Positions 51,990-63,100 are shown, counted from the stretch's first letter. The stretch is 64,000 nucleotides of DNA from Candidatus Hydrogenedentota bacterium (GCA_963674865.2 CAXXYE010000008.1:564516-628515), one strand, 5' to 3'. The notes: generated by a model not told the origin, from the letters alone. A program made the numbers and translations.

Positions 51990-52570
51990 ATGATTCGACA
52001 AGCGAGAATGGTGTTGCCGGGCGTGGCGCGTCACGTGAGCCAGCGGGGAAAGAACCGGCAGAATGTTTTCTTCGTCGATGACGGCCGCCGGGCATGCCTA
52101 TCGCATCTGAATGACAGTGCGGCGCGGGATGGCTGGCGTGTCCGCGCCCTTCCCATCGGCCGTCCGCGCATCCGTGGCAAAGATAGGGAGGGACGTGCTC
52201 CTGCACGTCCTGGTCGCGCGGGAGCGCGACCCTCCCCGCGTTGTCCTGCGGCCTGTGCATCTGCGTTGAAAGTGCTGAACGCCGGGCATAATTGGCGACA
52301 GTGGCTGTCTATGGAAGACGAGTGCGGCGCCGTACGGCCTGGCGGCGTCGGCGTATTGCCTCATGACGAACCACATCTACCATGTCCAGAATCTGCACGT
52401 AGGCGTGGGCCTGCGTCCCAAGCACGTGCGCCGGAGGCAGGCAGGATGCCTGCACTACAGTCTCCGGCAGGCAGGATGTCTGCGCTGCCATCTCCGGCAG
52501 GCAAGATGCCCGCGCTACCGTCTCCGGCGCGCTGGCCCCTATTGTGGCGCAGGCTTCCAGCCTGCATGCC
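51990..52570 (+). pseudogene. REP-associated tyrosine (Y1/HUH) transposase remnant interleaved with REP repeats
   Basis: RQARMVLPGVARHVSQRGKNRQNVFF, then in another frame AYCLMTNHIYH; three 30-bp tandem REP units at ~52436-52527. Confidence 0.75.
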
Positions 52571-52653
52571 TGGAAGTCCGGCGCGACAAGCGCTACACTG
52601 TCGCGAGTCACGGGAAAGGTGTTGGGGAATCCCACTGAAGAGGGAATCGAGTT

Positions 52654-54054
52654 ATGTCGAAGCACAACGAGATGGACAGACGTGAGTTTGTGGGACGGAT
52701 CGGGCGCGGGGCCGCGTTGGCCGGCGCGGGCGTGTTGGCGATGGAGGCGGCCGCGCGCGAACGGGTGGCGCCGTGCGATCCGCGGGCGCCCAAAACCGGC
52801 CGGCTCGTGGGCCAAGACGAGGTCATCGGCATCGGCATCATCGGCACGGGCGGCATGGGCACGAGCCACCTCCGCGACCTGCTCACCCGGGAGAAGGAAG
52901 GCGAGAAAGTCCAGGTTCGCGCCATCTCGGACGTGTACGCGCGGCGGCAAGCCGAGCGCAAAGCCATCACCAAAGACATGAGCGGCCGCGATATCGATGC
53001 GTACACGGACTACATGGACCTCCTCGCGCGTGACGACATCCACGCCGTGGTGATCGCCACGCCCGACCACTGGCACGCCCTGAACAGCATCCACGCCATG
53101 GAGGCCGGGCTCGACGTGTACTGCCAGAAACCCGTCACCCTCACCATCGAAGAATCCCTCGAAGTCCGCGACACGGCCCATAAGACGGGCCGCGTGTTCC
53201 AGTGCGGCGCGCAAGGCTGTTCGGCCGACTGGTGGTGGCAGGCCCGCAAGTTCATCAAGGAAGGCGGCATCGGCAAGGTGTTGTGGGCCCAGGCCAACCA
53301 GAACCGCAACTCGGCCAGCGCGGAGAACCCCCAAGGCGGCGAGTGGAACTACTCCATCCATCCGGAGGCCACCGACGACCCTCGCGGCGGCCATCACTAC
53401 ATCGATTGGGAACAGTGGCTCGGGCCGGCCAAGAAGCGGCCCTTCTCGAAACCGCGTTTCTTCCAATTCCGGAAGTTCTGGGACTACTCGGGCGGCATCG
53501 CCACGGACCTGCTCTATCACGAACTCGCCCCCATGACCATCGCCCTCGACGCCAAGGCCCCGGAACGCGCCACGGGCAACGGTGGCATCTTCATCCAGCA
53601 CGACGACCGGGAAGTGCCCGACACGTTCATGATGATCCTCGATTACCCCGACGACTACAGCGTTGTCCTCACGTCTTCGATGGCAAATCGCCAGGGCAAC
53701 CCGACCATGATCCGCGGCCACCGGGCCACCATCCGCCCCGAAGAAGGCGGCATGCGCGTTACCGCCGAAAACGAGTTCAAGGAGTGGTTTGCCAAACGCT
53801 ACGGCGCCGAAGAGATCTTCGTCGCCAACGAACCGCGGCCCGACCATATGAGCAAATGGCTCGAATGCATCCGCACCCGCGGCCCCGTGCACCTTGACGC
53901 CGAGACCGCCTACCGCGCCATGGCCGGCATCAAGATGGGCGTCGACTCCTACCGGCAGGACAAAGTCATCTTCTGGGACGGTGAACGCGAACGCTACGCT
54001 CGGAAACACCCGCGGCCCCACCGCGACGCGAAATTCCCTGAGATCAAGTCCTAA
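52654..54054 (+). CDS. Gfo/Idh/MocA oxidoreductase with Tat signal
   Basis: DRREFV, GIIGTGGMG, IATPDHWH and YCQKP. Confidence 0.92.
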   Translation: MSKHNEMDRREFVGRIGRGAALAGAGVLAMEAAARERVAPCDPRAPKTGRLVGQDEVIGIGIIGTGGMGTSHLRDLLTREKEGEKVQVRAISDVYARRQAERKAITKDMSGRDIDAYTDYMDLLARDDIHAVVIATPDHWHALNSIHAMEAGLDVYCQKPVTLTIEESLEVRDTAHKTGRVFQCGAQGCSADWWWQARKFIKEGGIGKVLWAQANQNRNSASAENPQGGEWNYSIHPEATDDPRGGHHYIDWEQWLGPAKKRPFSKPRFFQFRKFWDYSGGIATDLLYHELAPMTIALDAKAPERATGNGGIFIQHDDREVPDTFMMILDYPDDYSVVLTSSMANRQGNPTMIRGHRATIRPEEGGMRVTAENEFKEWFAKRYGAEEIFVANEPRPDHMSKWLECIRTRGPVHLDAETAYRAMAGIKMGVDSYRQDKVIFWDGERERYARKHPRPHRDAKFPEIKS

Positions 54055-54354
54055 CAGTCTGTCGGACTTTGAGGCTCGACAGACTGTTCCACAGAGAATG
54101 AGACAATGAATGGGATAATGGGGAATAGAGGAGGACAGCAACCCTCGACTCCCCAGGGCGGCGAAAGAAGAAACCGGGGAAACACAAAGCCGACAGCGGC
54201 CACAACTAATAGGTTACTGTCCCCGTTCATACCATTCACAATTGATGCCCGTATGCATATGCCGCCTAGTGAAGAGGACTAGGTAGCCACAGACTCCAGC
54301 ACGACCGCGCTGGTGGTTGCTGGGTCAGCGCAGACGAAGGGCGCCCAAAGAAAC

Positions 54355-55014
54355 ATGATGGCTTCTGCGACGAAAGAGGTGGTGCTAGGTTTCGATGCCC
54401 GTAACACCACGCAAAGGGTCCTCGATAGTTGGGATTCCGAGCGCCGAAATAGCTACCTCTACCGTGTTGACGCCCCAAAGCCTCTCTCGGCTGATAATAT
54501 GGTCTGGCCGTCGATAGTCCCGCTGGACACGGCGCTGGAAACCGATGCGGGGCCATTGGCGGCTCACGGTCTATGGGCCGATGAACGTGCATTGGCTGAC
54601 TGGGCGACGTCCGTCTCCAGGTATTCGCCCAGTGACTACTGCGTGGTCGCCGTCACCCTGTGCAGGGCGAGCAGATGGAACAGAGGATTCACGCAGCCAG
54701 TCCTTGCTACACCTACGGAAGGCGTCATTGGGGACATTTGCGAAGTGGAGCGCGTTGTGGACAACAAGTGGCGTCGTCTGGGCTTTGATGTCGGCGACTC
54801 CTGGATGCTCAGCGGACTATCGAATTGCGGTCTTGAGCAGGGGGACGACTTCGAGGCAATTCGAGGGAAGTGGGGCTCCGCCCTTAACCAATTCCATCTC
54901 TTTGAGAGTGTTGAGATTGCTGCTGAGTTTGCAGAATTTGCCGATGTCCAGGTTCCGAAACATGCACCCTTTGCAGTGTATGGGCTGTGGTTGGTTGACG
55001 GTGTCCTGCCATAG
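54355..55014 (+). CDS. Hypothetical protein
   Basis: Clean ORF; LGFDVGD..LSGLSNCG...LNQFHLF...HAPFAVYGLW. Confidence 0.65.
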   Translation: MMASATKEVVLGFDARNTTQRVLDSWDSERRNSYLYRVDAPKPLSADNMVWPSIVPLDTALETDAGPLAAHGLWADERALADWATSVSRYSPSDYCVVAVTLCRASRWNRGFTQPVLATPTEGVIGDICEVERVVDNKWRRLGFDVGDSWMLSGLSNCGLEQGDDFEAIRGKWGSALNQFHLFESVEIAAEFAEFADVQVPKHAPFAVYGLWLVDGVLP

Positions 55015-55037
55015 AAGCAAAGCCCGCGCCCACCAGT

Positions 55038-56337
55038 CTATCGCTTCAAACGAAGCTTGAACTTGTAGTGAATTTCCAGGAATGAGACAAGGCTGTCGGC
55101 AAGGGCCTCTTCAAACTTCTCTCTCTTGTCGGGTCGTATGTAGCTGAAATGAACTTCGAGGTGAGTAGCATCGATGGCGCCGAGTGATTCATGAAAACCG
55201 TGTTTCCAGCAGTTATATCCACTGACGAAGTACGGCCTCTTCCCAGGGCCCGGATAACTGGGTGAAGGTATGGCTAAGTATCCGTGACGTTCAAGGAGCC
55301 CCCCGAGGCTTGTCTCGCCTCGAACCGCCTCCAAGAAGTCTACCCCTTCCCTTCTGCCTAGATTCCCAAGGGTGTTCCTTCTGCTCTTGAGATAGAGTTC
55401 CGGGTTCCGGTTTCCTGGTTTGGCAGATTCGTCCAGCACGCTTCCTGTCCAGCCCAGCCCAACGTCAATCTGCGTGGGACCTCCTCTGGTGTGGCACTCC
55501 AGATAGAGAGCGGCCCCCCAATCCTGCACGACCTTCGTCTTGGCCACCTCGATGAAAGCATGAAATGCATCCCATGACTGCATCAGAAGGGGGTAACTGC
55601 GGCTCGCCTCTTCTCTGTCACCGACGGCGCCAAAATACCCCTTGGCTATATGGTGATGATCAGGTGAGGACTCTTGCCTGTAAGTTCCTTGAACTCCCTG
55701 GCCACGCCACGCGCATATTCCTGACTATTGGCATCTCCCCTGGGCTCACTTATAGGAATATCTTCTGGAACGACGTGGCCGCCGTGAGGTGCGACAAGAA
55801 TAAGGGGTGCGTCCCCTACGACATACTCAATGTATCCTTCCGCGCTGAAATACGACCTGCCAACCTGATATGAAGCAGGTGTGGTGGGTAATGGCTCTGC
55901 CCTGGCATCTCCTTGCGGAGCGTCGCCCAAATCAACGATAGGTTGCTCTGCTGGGGCAGATCGAGTGTCGGCAGGCGTAGCTGCATTTGGTGCGTGATCG
56001 GCTGAAGAACCCGTTGCTCGCGTAAACTGATAAATCCCTCCGGCCGCGACGCCTACCAAAAGGATGACTAGTACGCCCAGACTTGCTCGGAACAGTACCC
56101 CACGGCCCGCCGGGGCACGGGGAATAGACTTGGCGGGAGCCAACTCCATGGTATGGGTGTATGTTCCCCAGCTTGCCGTTGTGCAACCAAGCACTTTTCC
56201 AGTGCGGCCTGTATTCGCGTGTTTGCTGGAAAGTCCGTTCGTAGCGACTCCAGCAGCTTTAGAGCCCCGTCATAGTCTCCCTGTCGATACAATTGCCCAG
56301 CTTCGTTGAACTTGGCTTTCGCTTCACGTTGTTCCAT
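55038..56337 (-). CDS. TPR + TM + N-formylglutamate amidohydrolase-like protein; two -1 frameshifts
   Basis: TPR N-terminus; GDAPLILVAPHGG, DANS..YA and WDAFHAFIE...LYLECH; joins at ~56155 and ~55652. Confidence 0.6.
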
Positions 56338-56437
56338 TAGCTCACATTCTGCTTTGGCAGATCACTCAAGTTCACGTTTCTTAGCCCATCCCTTCAAGTG
56401 GGCCGCCGAGGGCTACGTCTGACACATCCGGGTTCAT

Positions 56438-56503
56438 AAACGGCTCTACGCGGATACCGGGGGCGCCGGGGACGCCGCCGGCGGTGGTATCGACGTAGCG
56501 ACG
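56438..56503 (-). repeat. Diverged duplicate of the 3' end of the terminase-like gene (57669-57734)
   Basis: RRYVDTTAGGVPGAPGIRVEPF versus RRHLDTTGAFIPGPLGIRVEPF. Confidence 0.75.
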
Positions 56504-56760
56504 TTATTCTACCCATGTCTCGACGGGGGTCAAGAGGAATTCGTCCAGGGGAATGCCGTCCGCCCCGACAAGCAGTTTTCGCGAGACGGGAAACTCGTTG
56601 CAGAAGGACGCCATTCCGGGAAGCGTGTCTTTCCGCTGCCCGCTCTTGACCTCGATGGCCGTTAGCTTGTCGCCGCGGCGCAAGACGAAATCCACCTCCC
56701 GATTCCGGTTGCTCCAGTAGAACACCTCGATGTTCTTGCCCACGGCCCCATTGGCCAGCG
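56504..56760 (-). pseudogene. C-terminal fragment of an AAA_14/DUF4143 ATP-binding protein
   Basis: FYWSNRNREVDFVL...AIEVKSG; ATPase domain missing. Confidence 0.75.
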
Positions 56761-56811
56761 TCGCAACCCACGGACAAGGCGTCTCGTTTGAGCAACCTGA
56801 TGCGGATTGCC

Positions 56812-57451
56812 CGGCGCCCCGAACGGGGCGCTCGCGTGTAGCCGTGGGTGAGCGAAGCGAGCCCACGGACACGGGACCTCCCCATCAAGAGCCCCGAACG
56901 GGGTGATAGCGCCCTCATTTCACAGCCAAATGGACTCCTCGTCGAAATCGACACCGTGGGCATTCGGCAGCGCTCTGAATTCCTCCTGAAATCCGTCTTG
57001 CGGTGGTGGCGCTGCTGATTGCGGACGTAGGCATTGACCTGGTCGGATTGCGAATGGCTCGCCGCGAATGAACGTAGACGGCTCTTGGTGCTAGACACCA
57101 CGTGGTACTGGGGGGATTCGTTGACGTTCCACCTCAAGGTCGGTTCTCCTCTCGGTCGCGGCCGCCCCTCCGGGGCTATCGCTGGGGTGGGCCGGTTTCC
57201 GTGGGCTCGCCCCGCTCGCCCACGGCTACACGCGGCCGCCCCTCCGGGGCTATCGCTGGGGTGGGCCGGTTTCCGTGGGCTCGCTGCGCTCACCCACGGC
57301 TACATGCGGCCGCCCCCTTCGGGGCGCGGGATGGTTGAGATCTCGTTTTCATGGGTGAGCAGAACGAACCCACGGCTACATGTGGCGGCCCCCTTCGGGG
57401 CGCGGGATTGTTGAGGTCTCGTTTTCGTGGGTGAGCAGAGCGAACCCACGG
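56812..57451 (-). mobile_element. Internally deleted IS200-like (Y1) tnpA flanked by REP arrays
   Basis: YHVVSSTKSR fused to SFAASHSQSDQVNAYVRNQQRHHRK; four 74-76 bp tandem units at 57160-57451; inverted unit at ~56812-56905. Confidence 0.7.
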
Positions 57452-57665
57452 AAACATGCGGATGCCACGGGGGCTATGTACATACCCCGCAGACAGAAGC
57501 CGCGTTCCCGCATGATATCTGGGGGGACGCGATCCCCTTCAAGACGCCGCGTTGGACGGGAAAACCCAATAACCTGGCGCAGGCCCATTCGGTTCGAGTA
57601 TGTTGAGGATTTGCCGCGTCGATTGACGCTTGCCGGTCCTGTGCCATGTTGAACCAGGCCCGTCT

Positions 57666-58043
57666 CTAGAACGGCTCGACGCGGATGCCGAGGGGGCCGG
57701 GGATGAAGGCGCCGGTGGTGTCGAGGTGGCGGCGGAGGATGGCGCAACGGTCGGCGTCGATGAGGTGGTCGTCGCCCTTCTCGTAGACGATGCGTCCGCC
57801 GGCGGCGACGGCGTAGGTGTGCGACGCGTACTGGGCCTCGCGGTCGGCGAGCGGGGGGAATACGAGGCTGCGCTCGGCCATGCGCCGCTGGAGCAACTCG
57901 GTCATGAACTCTTTGACGCGCCGGCGATGGGGCGTGCCGTCGGGGAAAGGTTCAAGCTCGATGCAGGCGCCGAACTCGAAGGCATGGACCTTGTCGCACC
58001 AGATTTCGCCGCGGGCCATGAGGTTATGAGCCACGGCGCGTCC
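57666..58043 (-). pseudogene. Terminase large subunit-like C-terminal nuclease fragment (5' truncated)
   Basis: GRAVAHNL...KEFMTELLQRRM...KGDDHLIDADRCA (DHxxDAxR). Confidence 0.5.
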
Positions 58044-58044
58044 C

Positions 58045-58311
58045 TTGGGGATGGAACTGGCTCACGACCAGGAGTCGGCCACGGAAGGGCTGCCTGTCGC
58101 CAAGAGCTATGCTCAGGACACCGAGGTCCCCATTCGCACGGCGATCGAACGGGGCGCCCGGAGCGAACCGTTGGCCAAAAGCAAATCGGCCCCCGCTTCC
58201 GCCCCGGCAGCCAAACCCAAAGCCCACGAACTCCCGCTTTGGGTCTGGCTCTCTCTCGGCGCCAGCGGACTGGTGATTCTTCTCCTGCTCGCGAAGATCC
58301 TGTTCGGCTGA
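58045..58311 (+). CDS. 3' part of a membrane-anchored hypothetical gene (5' truncated)
   Basis: Pro/Ala linker followed by C-terminal TM LPLWVWLSLGASGLVILLLLAKILFG. Confidence 0.45.
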   Translation: MGMELAHDQESATEGLPVAKSYAQDTEVPIRTAIERGARSEPLAKSKSAPASAPAAKPKAHELPLWVWLSLGASGLVILLLLAKILFG

Positions 58312-58427
58312 CGGAAGTGGAACAGAAGACAACGGAGAGGACAGAGTAGAAGGGCTCTGTTATCTCGGTTTCCTCCTGTTCCTGCGAGTTTCCGGTCGCG
58401 GCTTATGCCGCCAAATCTGCTTGTCAT

Positions 58428-59489
58428 TCACACGGGAATCGGAGAGTCAGTCTTGAGTCGTTCCTGAGTTGCCGGTTCGAGTTTCTTGCCGACCGCTTCG
58501 GCGACCCGGCGGATCAGGTCCATGGTTTCGTTGAACTGGTCGAAGGTGAGCGACTGGTATCCGTCGGAGAGCGCCTTTTCCGGGTCGGGGTGAACTTCCA
58601 GGATCAGGCCGTCCGCTCCGGCGGCCACGGCGGCCGCGGCTGTTCGCGGCACCAGGCTGGTGCGTCCCGTTCCGTGGCTCGGGTCAACGATCACGGGCAG
58701 GTGCGTTCGTTCGTGCAGGTAAGGCACGGTGGCCACGGGCAGGGTGAAGCGGGTGTGCGCCTCGAACGTGCGGATGCCGCGCTCGCACAGCATCACGTTT
58801 TGATTGCCCGCGTTGAGAATGTATTCTGAGGCCAGCAGCAGTTCGTCCACGGTGGCCGAGGCGCCCCGCTTGAGCAGCACGGGTTTGTTGATCACGCCCA
58901 CGGCTTCCAGGAGCGGATAGTTCTGCATGTTCCGCGCCCCGATCTGGAGGACGTCGGCGTATTTGGCCACGAGGGGCACGTCGGCGGCGGCGATCACTTC
59001 GGTCACCACCGGAAGGCCCGTTTCGGCTCGGGCGGCCGCCAGGATCCGCAATCCCTCCTCCTTCAGGCCCTGGAAGCTGTAGGGGCTTGTCCGCGGCTTG
59101 AAAGCTCCCCCTCGAAGCGCCGTGGCCCCGGCCGCCTTGACGGCCCGAGCCGTTGCCAGCGTTTGCTCCTCGCTCTCCACCGAGCAGGGGCCGGCAATCA
59201 CTCCCAAGTGGCAGTTGCCCACGCTAAGCGAGCCCGTTCGGACTACGGTTCGCTCCTGTTTGACTTCCAGGCTGGCCACCTTGTAGGGCGCCAGGATCGG
59301 GACCACTTCGGCCACTCCCGGGCCGCTCTCCAGGGACTGGCGATGCTCGTCCCGCTTGTCGCCGATGGCGGCGATCACGGTTCGCTCCGTGCCGTGAATC
59401 ACGTGGGATTTGAGTCCCAACTCTTCGACTCGTTTGATCATGTGCTCGATCTGTTCTTTGGTTGCGCCCTGTTTCATCACGACAATCAT
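58428..59489 (-). CDS. aroF: DAHP synthase, type I-beta with N-terminal ACT-like domain
   Basis: [48 protein letters not shown] and DPSHGTG. Confidence 0.95.
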   Translation of the reverse strand: MIVVMKQGATKEQIEHMIKRVEELGLKSHVIHGTERTVIAAIGDKRDEHRQSLESGPGVAEVVPILAPYKVASLEVKQERTVVRTGSLSVGNCHLGVIAGPCSVESEEQTLATARAVKAAGATALRGGAFKPRTSPYSFQGLKEEGLRILAAARAETGLPVVTEVIAAADVPLVAKYADVLQIGARNMQNYPLLEAVGVINKPVLLKRGASATVDELLLASEYILNAGNQNVMLCERGIRTFEAHTRFTLPVATVPYLHERTHLPVIVDPSHGTGRTSLVPRTAAAAVAAGADGLILEVHPDPEKALSDGYQSLTFDQFNETMDLIRRVAEAVGKKLEPATQERLKTDSPIPV

Positions 59490-59599
59490 GGCGGCACGTT
59501 CCTTCCCGGTTTGGATTGTTTCGATCTGTTCTTTGATTCGCCCGACGCCAGAAAGCGGCGGGGGGCGACTTGCGGTCCACACTTCAGCTCTGTGCCAAC

Positions 59600-59641
59600 A
59601 AAAAAAGCCCTGAGATCGGTTAGCCGAGTCTCAGGGCTTTT
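59600..59641 (-). terminator. Attenuator terminator upstream of aroF
   Basis: Minus strand GCCCTGAGACTCGGCTAACCGATCTCAGGGC followed by T7. Confidence 0.85.
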
Positions 59642-59670
59642 GGCGTTTTGTCAGTCGTTATGACCCGAAC

Positions 59671-59745
59671 CTACAAATCACCTCCGGTCCCGCAACTCGG
59701 CGGGCAAAAGTAAAACCAGAAGGTGTAGGTAAAGGTTCGGCTCAT
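59671..59745 (-). CDS. Aromatic amino acid leader peptide MSRTFTYTFWFYFCPPSCGTGGDL
   Basis: 7 of 9 consecutive codons are Phe/Tyr/Trp; stop lies ~30 nt before the terminator; alternative ATG at 59754. Confidence 0.85.
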   Translation of the reverse strand: MSRTFTYTFWFYFCPPSCGTGGDL

Positions 59746-60127
59746 GTTCTTCATTTCGACCACAACGAGGCTAAAACTTGCCTCTTCGATCCATTTTCGT
59801 GTGTTCCGGCAAAAAGGCAAGGGCCAAAACCGAAAAAACTGCTCCAAGCGGATGCGTGGACCTGGTTCCGTAGGAACGTGCCGACGTGTGCTCTCACCAA
59901 GACACGCACGGTTCAGGAGAGGTTCGCCCAGTGCCAAGGAATTTCCAAGAGCCTCTCCCGAGGGCTGTCTGTCACTTCTGCGGGCTAAATGACCTTTCGT
60001 GATTCCCGGAAATGCGGTCCCGTTCAGCACTGCTTGCCCACGCGCCGGGAACGCATCACTCTGAAATTCACGTATTCTGCGGCGAGTGGGCGAGCAGTGG
60101 CACACGACTTCCTGGACTCGTGCATGG

Positions 60128-63100
60128 TCATTTAGCGGCCTTGTGCTCGCTCCGCATCGCGTCGAGAAGTCGGCCGATTTCGGCCTGGTTTGGCTGCGTC
60201 TGGAAGACAATCAGGCGCCGGGAAGGTTCGTCGAATTGCACGAAGCCCTTGCCGCCTTCGGAATTCCACGAGCCTTTACCCACCTGCCGGAGGTGGGCGA
60301 TCAGGTTCGGAGCGTTCTTGCCGGCGTCGAGAAGATCACGGATCGGGTAGAACTCCCTTTCAAAATGGCCGTCTGCCGCGGCGCGAGTGGTCACTTCGAT
60401 CGTCTGGGCGTCGACGGCCCGATAGGCCAATCCCAAGGGGTCCAACATCTGAGTGAGCGCCTCTCCCAGAGGCGTTTGGGCCACGGTAAGGACCGCCGAC
60501 AGAGTCGGGCCCTTGCCTTCGCTTTGCAACGCCAGCCAGTTCACCGAGATTTGGACCTCGCTGGTTCGTTCCAACTCCGTCAGCACCCGGCGCAACGGAG
60601 TGGGCCGGAAGAAGTTGACGCTCACCGGTTGGTCCAGCAGCGCCGCTGCCCGGACGCGGCGCGGCACGAGCGTGAACCTTGCCGCCGGCTGGCCGCTTCG
60701 CGGAGCCAGGCCTCGGGCAACGCGAAGCCGCTCGCAGAAGTTCAGGATCTGCAGATGAACTGCACCGGTTTGTGTGATTTCTAGTGTGTCGTCCTTCACC
60801 TGGATCGTGCCGGCGCCTCCGGTTTCCTGCCAGGTTTCTGGAGCAATCATTCGACGAATCCAGCTTGCCAATTCGGTTGCGGGCGTTTTCGCCGTCAGGT
60901 CTGCTACCGAATACTGGACCGAGCGGGGCGCGTCCGTGGCCTGTCCGACGCCGGTTACCCACACGCCGTTGTCGCGGAGGAGCGGTTTCAACCCGCAGGA
61001 TGTCAGAACGGCGTCGAGTGCCTGTCCCAACGTCGTTTCCGTCACGTGCACGCTCACGGGCTTGTTGAGCGGGATTCCCAGGGCCGACATGGTGTCCACG
61101 TCGAAGGTCACCGTCAAGGCGCCGAAATCCTCGATCGACCGGACTGTTTGGTTCAGCGGGGCGTTGGCGATGGCAATGCCGGGGAGCGGCGTCTGCAGGC
61201 GGACGAGCAAATCGGTCTCGTCCACTTCGTCTTCGTCGGGGTTGCCGGTCGGCTGCTTGGGCTGATCTGGAGTCGATCCGTTTTCCGCCGCCGGTTTTGT
61301 TTCTTCAGGGGGCGACGGTTGCGGTTCCACGCGGACCACGTTGTTTGACGCCGGCGCCGGGAGGGCAACGGGCTCGCCGCCCGCGGCCGTTGCCAGTTGC
61401 TCGAGAATGATCGGGTCGGTGTCCACCGACAGGAACCGGGCCGAACCATCGGCCATTCCCACGACCATTCCGCCGGGCTGGCCGCTGCCAAAACCGTCCG
61501 GACCGTTGATATACGGTGTCTGGGTGAATCCGCGAACGGTGGCCCTGCCACCCGAGGCCCACGACCCGAGTTGGTCGCTCACGCCCACGGTGGCAATCGT
61601 GTTGCTCGCTCCGTCCGGGATGTCCGTCAGGCGTCGACTTTCGCGGTAGCCGAAGATTCCCGCTCGCGGATCGCTTCGAGGCAGGTCGGCGGCATCGGGG
61701 CCAATCCCGGCAACTCCCACGTAGTGGGTCACGGGGAATCCGGAAGGCGTGGCACGGACGGTGACGGCCGGATTCTGCACGGCTTCAAGGGGACGCATGG
61801 TGACCGAGCGGTTCTTGGGGCTGTCCCACGAGTAGCTTGTGTTGAGATCCTGAGCCCAGGATTCGTGTCCCAGTTGGGGCAGGATCGCGGTGTACCAACT
61901 CAAGACCTTCTCGGGCGGAAGGGGACCGCTGTTGATGGCGCCTGGGGGCGCCTTTTGTTCGGCCTGTTCATATCTTCCGAGAGCCTCCTGCAAGCGACCT
62001 TGGAGTACCTCATCGACGCTGCGCGCCGCGCGATACCAATCGGCCTGCATGGCCGCGGTGCTCGAAGCCAGCGCCACGGTCCAAGCGGCGCCGTTGCGTC
62101 CGCAATCGGCACGCACCCAAACGCACCGATGGGCCACCTCGAGGTGCGCGCTGGCCAAGGCGGCCACGCCTCCCTCAAGGCTCTGCCGGTAAGGCTTGGC
62201 CAATTCTGCCGGAATCTCTCCCGACTGGATCGAGGCAGGCAGACCTGCCACGCGAGCCGACAAAACCGACTTCGCCTGGGGAATCCACTGCTCCAGGGCC
62301 ACACGCACCTTGTCGGCAACCGTGTCCCCGTCGCACAACAGGCCCAACTCGGCCAACGCCAGGTCTTCCCGGTCGAAACTGAAGGACAGGGCCGAGGGGA
62401 GTTTCCAGATCAAACGCCACGCGTCCCGTCCCTGGGGCCACACGTCGAACCATTCGGTCGGCATGGGCCAACGTGCGGCTGCGGCGGCCTGGAGGTTGAG
62501 GGCAAGGAAGAAATCGGATTCGGCCGGCGCTGCGGTCAACAGAGGCTGCAGCAGCCCCAAGTCGGCTCGCCCGGCTGCACGCTCGGCCACCTGGCGCAGG
62601 AGTCCTCCCTCGCCGGTTACGATCGTCCGGTCGTCGAGGACCGCAAAGGCCCGATCCCAAGAGGGGCGGCCCAACTGGCGGAACTTCAGGTCGCCGACCT
62701 GCCAGTCCAACGCCGTGCCTGCCGTGCGCAGCTTTTCGGTACTCTGGCCTTCGGCCAACACGATCACGACGACTGCCGTGTCCGACCAACTTGACAGGTC
62801 GGGAGAACTCCAACTCAACCGCTCCACCGCATCGGCGTTCAGCCCGAAGCCTTGAAACAACTCTTGCACGATCGCCCGTTGCAGGGGAGGTGATGTTTTC
62901 AACAGGGGCGCCAGTTGTCCGGCCGCGTTGCAGTCGGCGATTTCCAGGTTCAGAACAAACTCCGGAGAGTCAGGGACCCAGCGATCGTCGTAGTCGTGCA
63001 AGGGCAGGGGAGGGGAGGGCGACGGATCGTTCTCGGAGACCGAAGATGTCTTGGGATCGGTTGGCGGCTGAGGGGCCGGGTCCTTTCGGAGAACATGACC

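Noticed and set aside
52436..52527. 30-bp tandem repeats as a CRISPR array
   Set aside because: No unique spacers and no cas genes; the units are REP palindromes
57160..57451. 74-76 bp periodic array as a CRISPR array or attC cassettes
   Set aside because: The intervening segments are duplicated pairwise rather than unique; the array is associated with a tnpA remnant
57666..58043. Prophage
   Set aside because: Only a truncated terminase-like fragment; no portal, capsid or integrase genes
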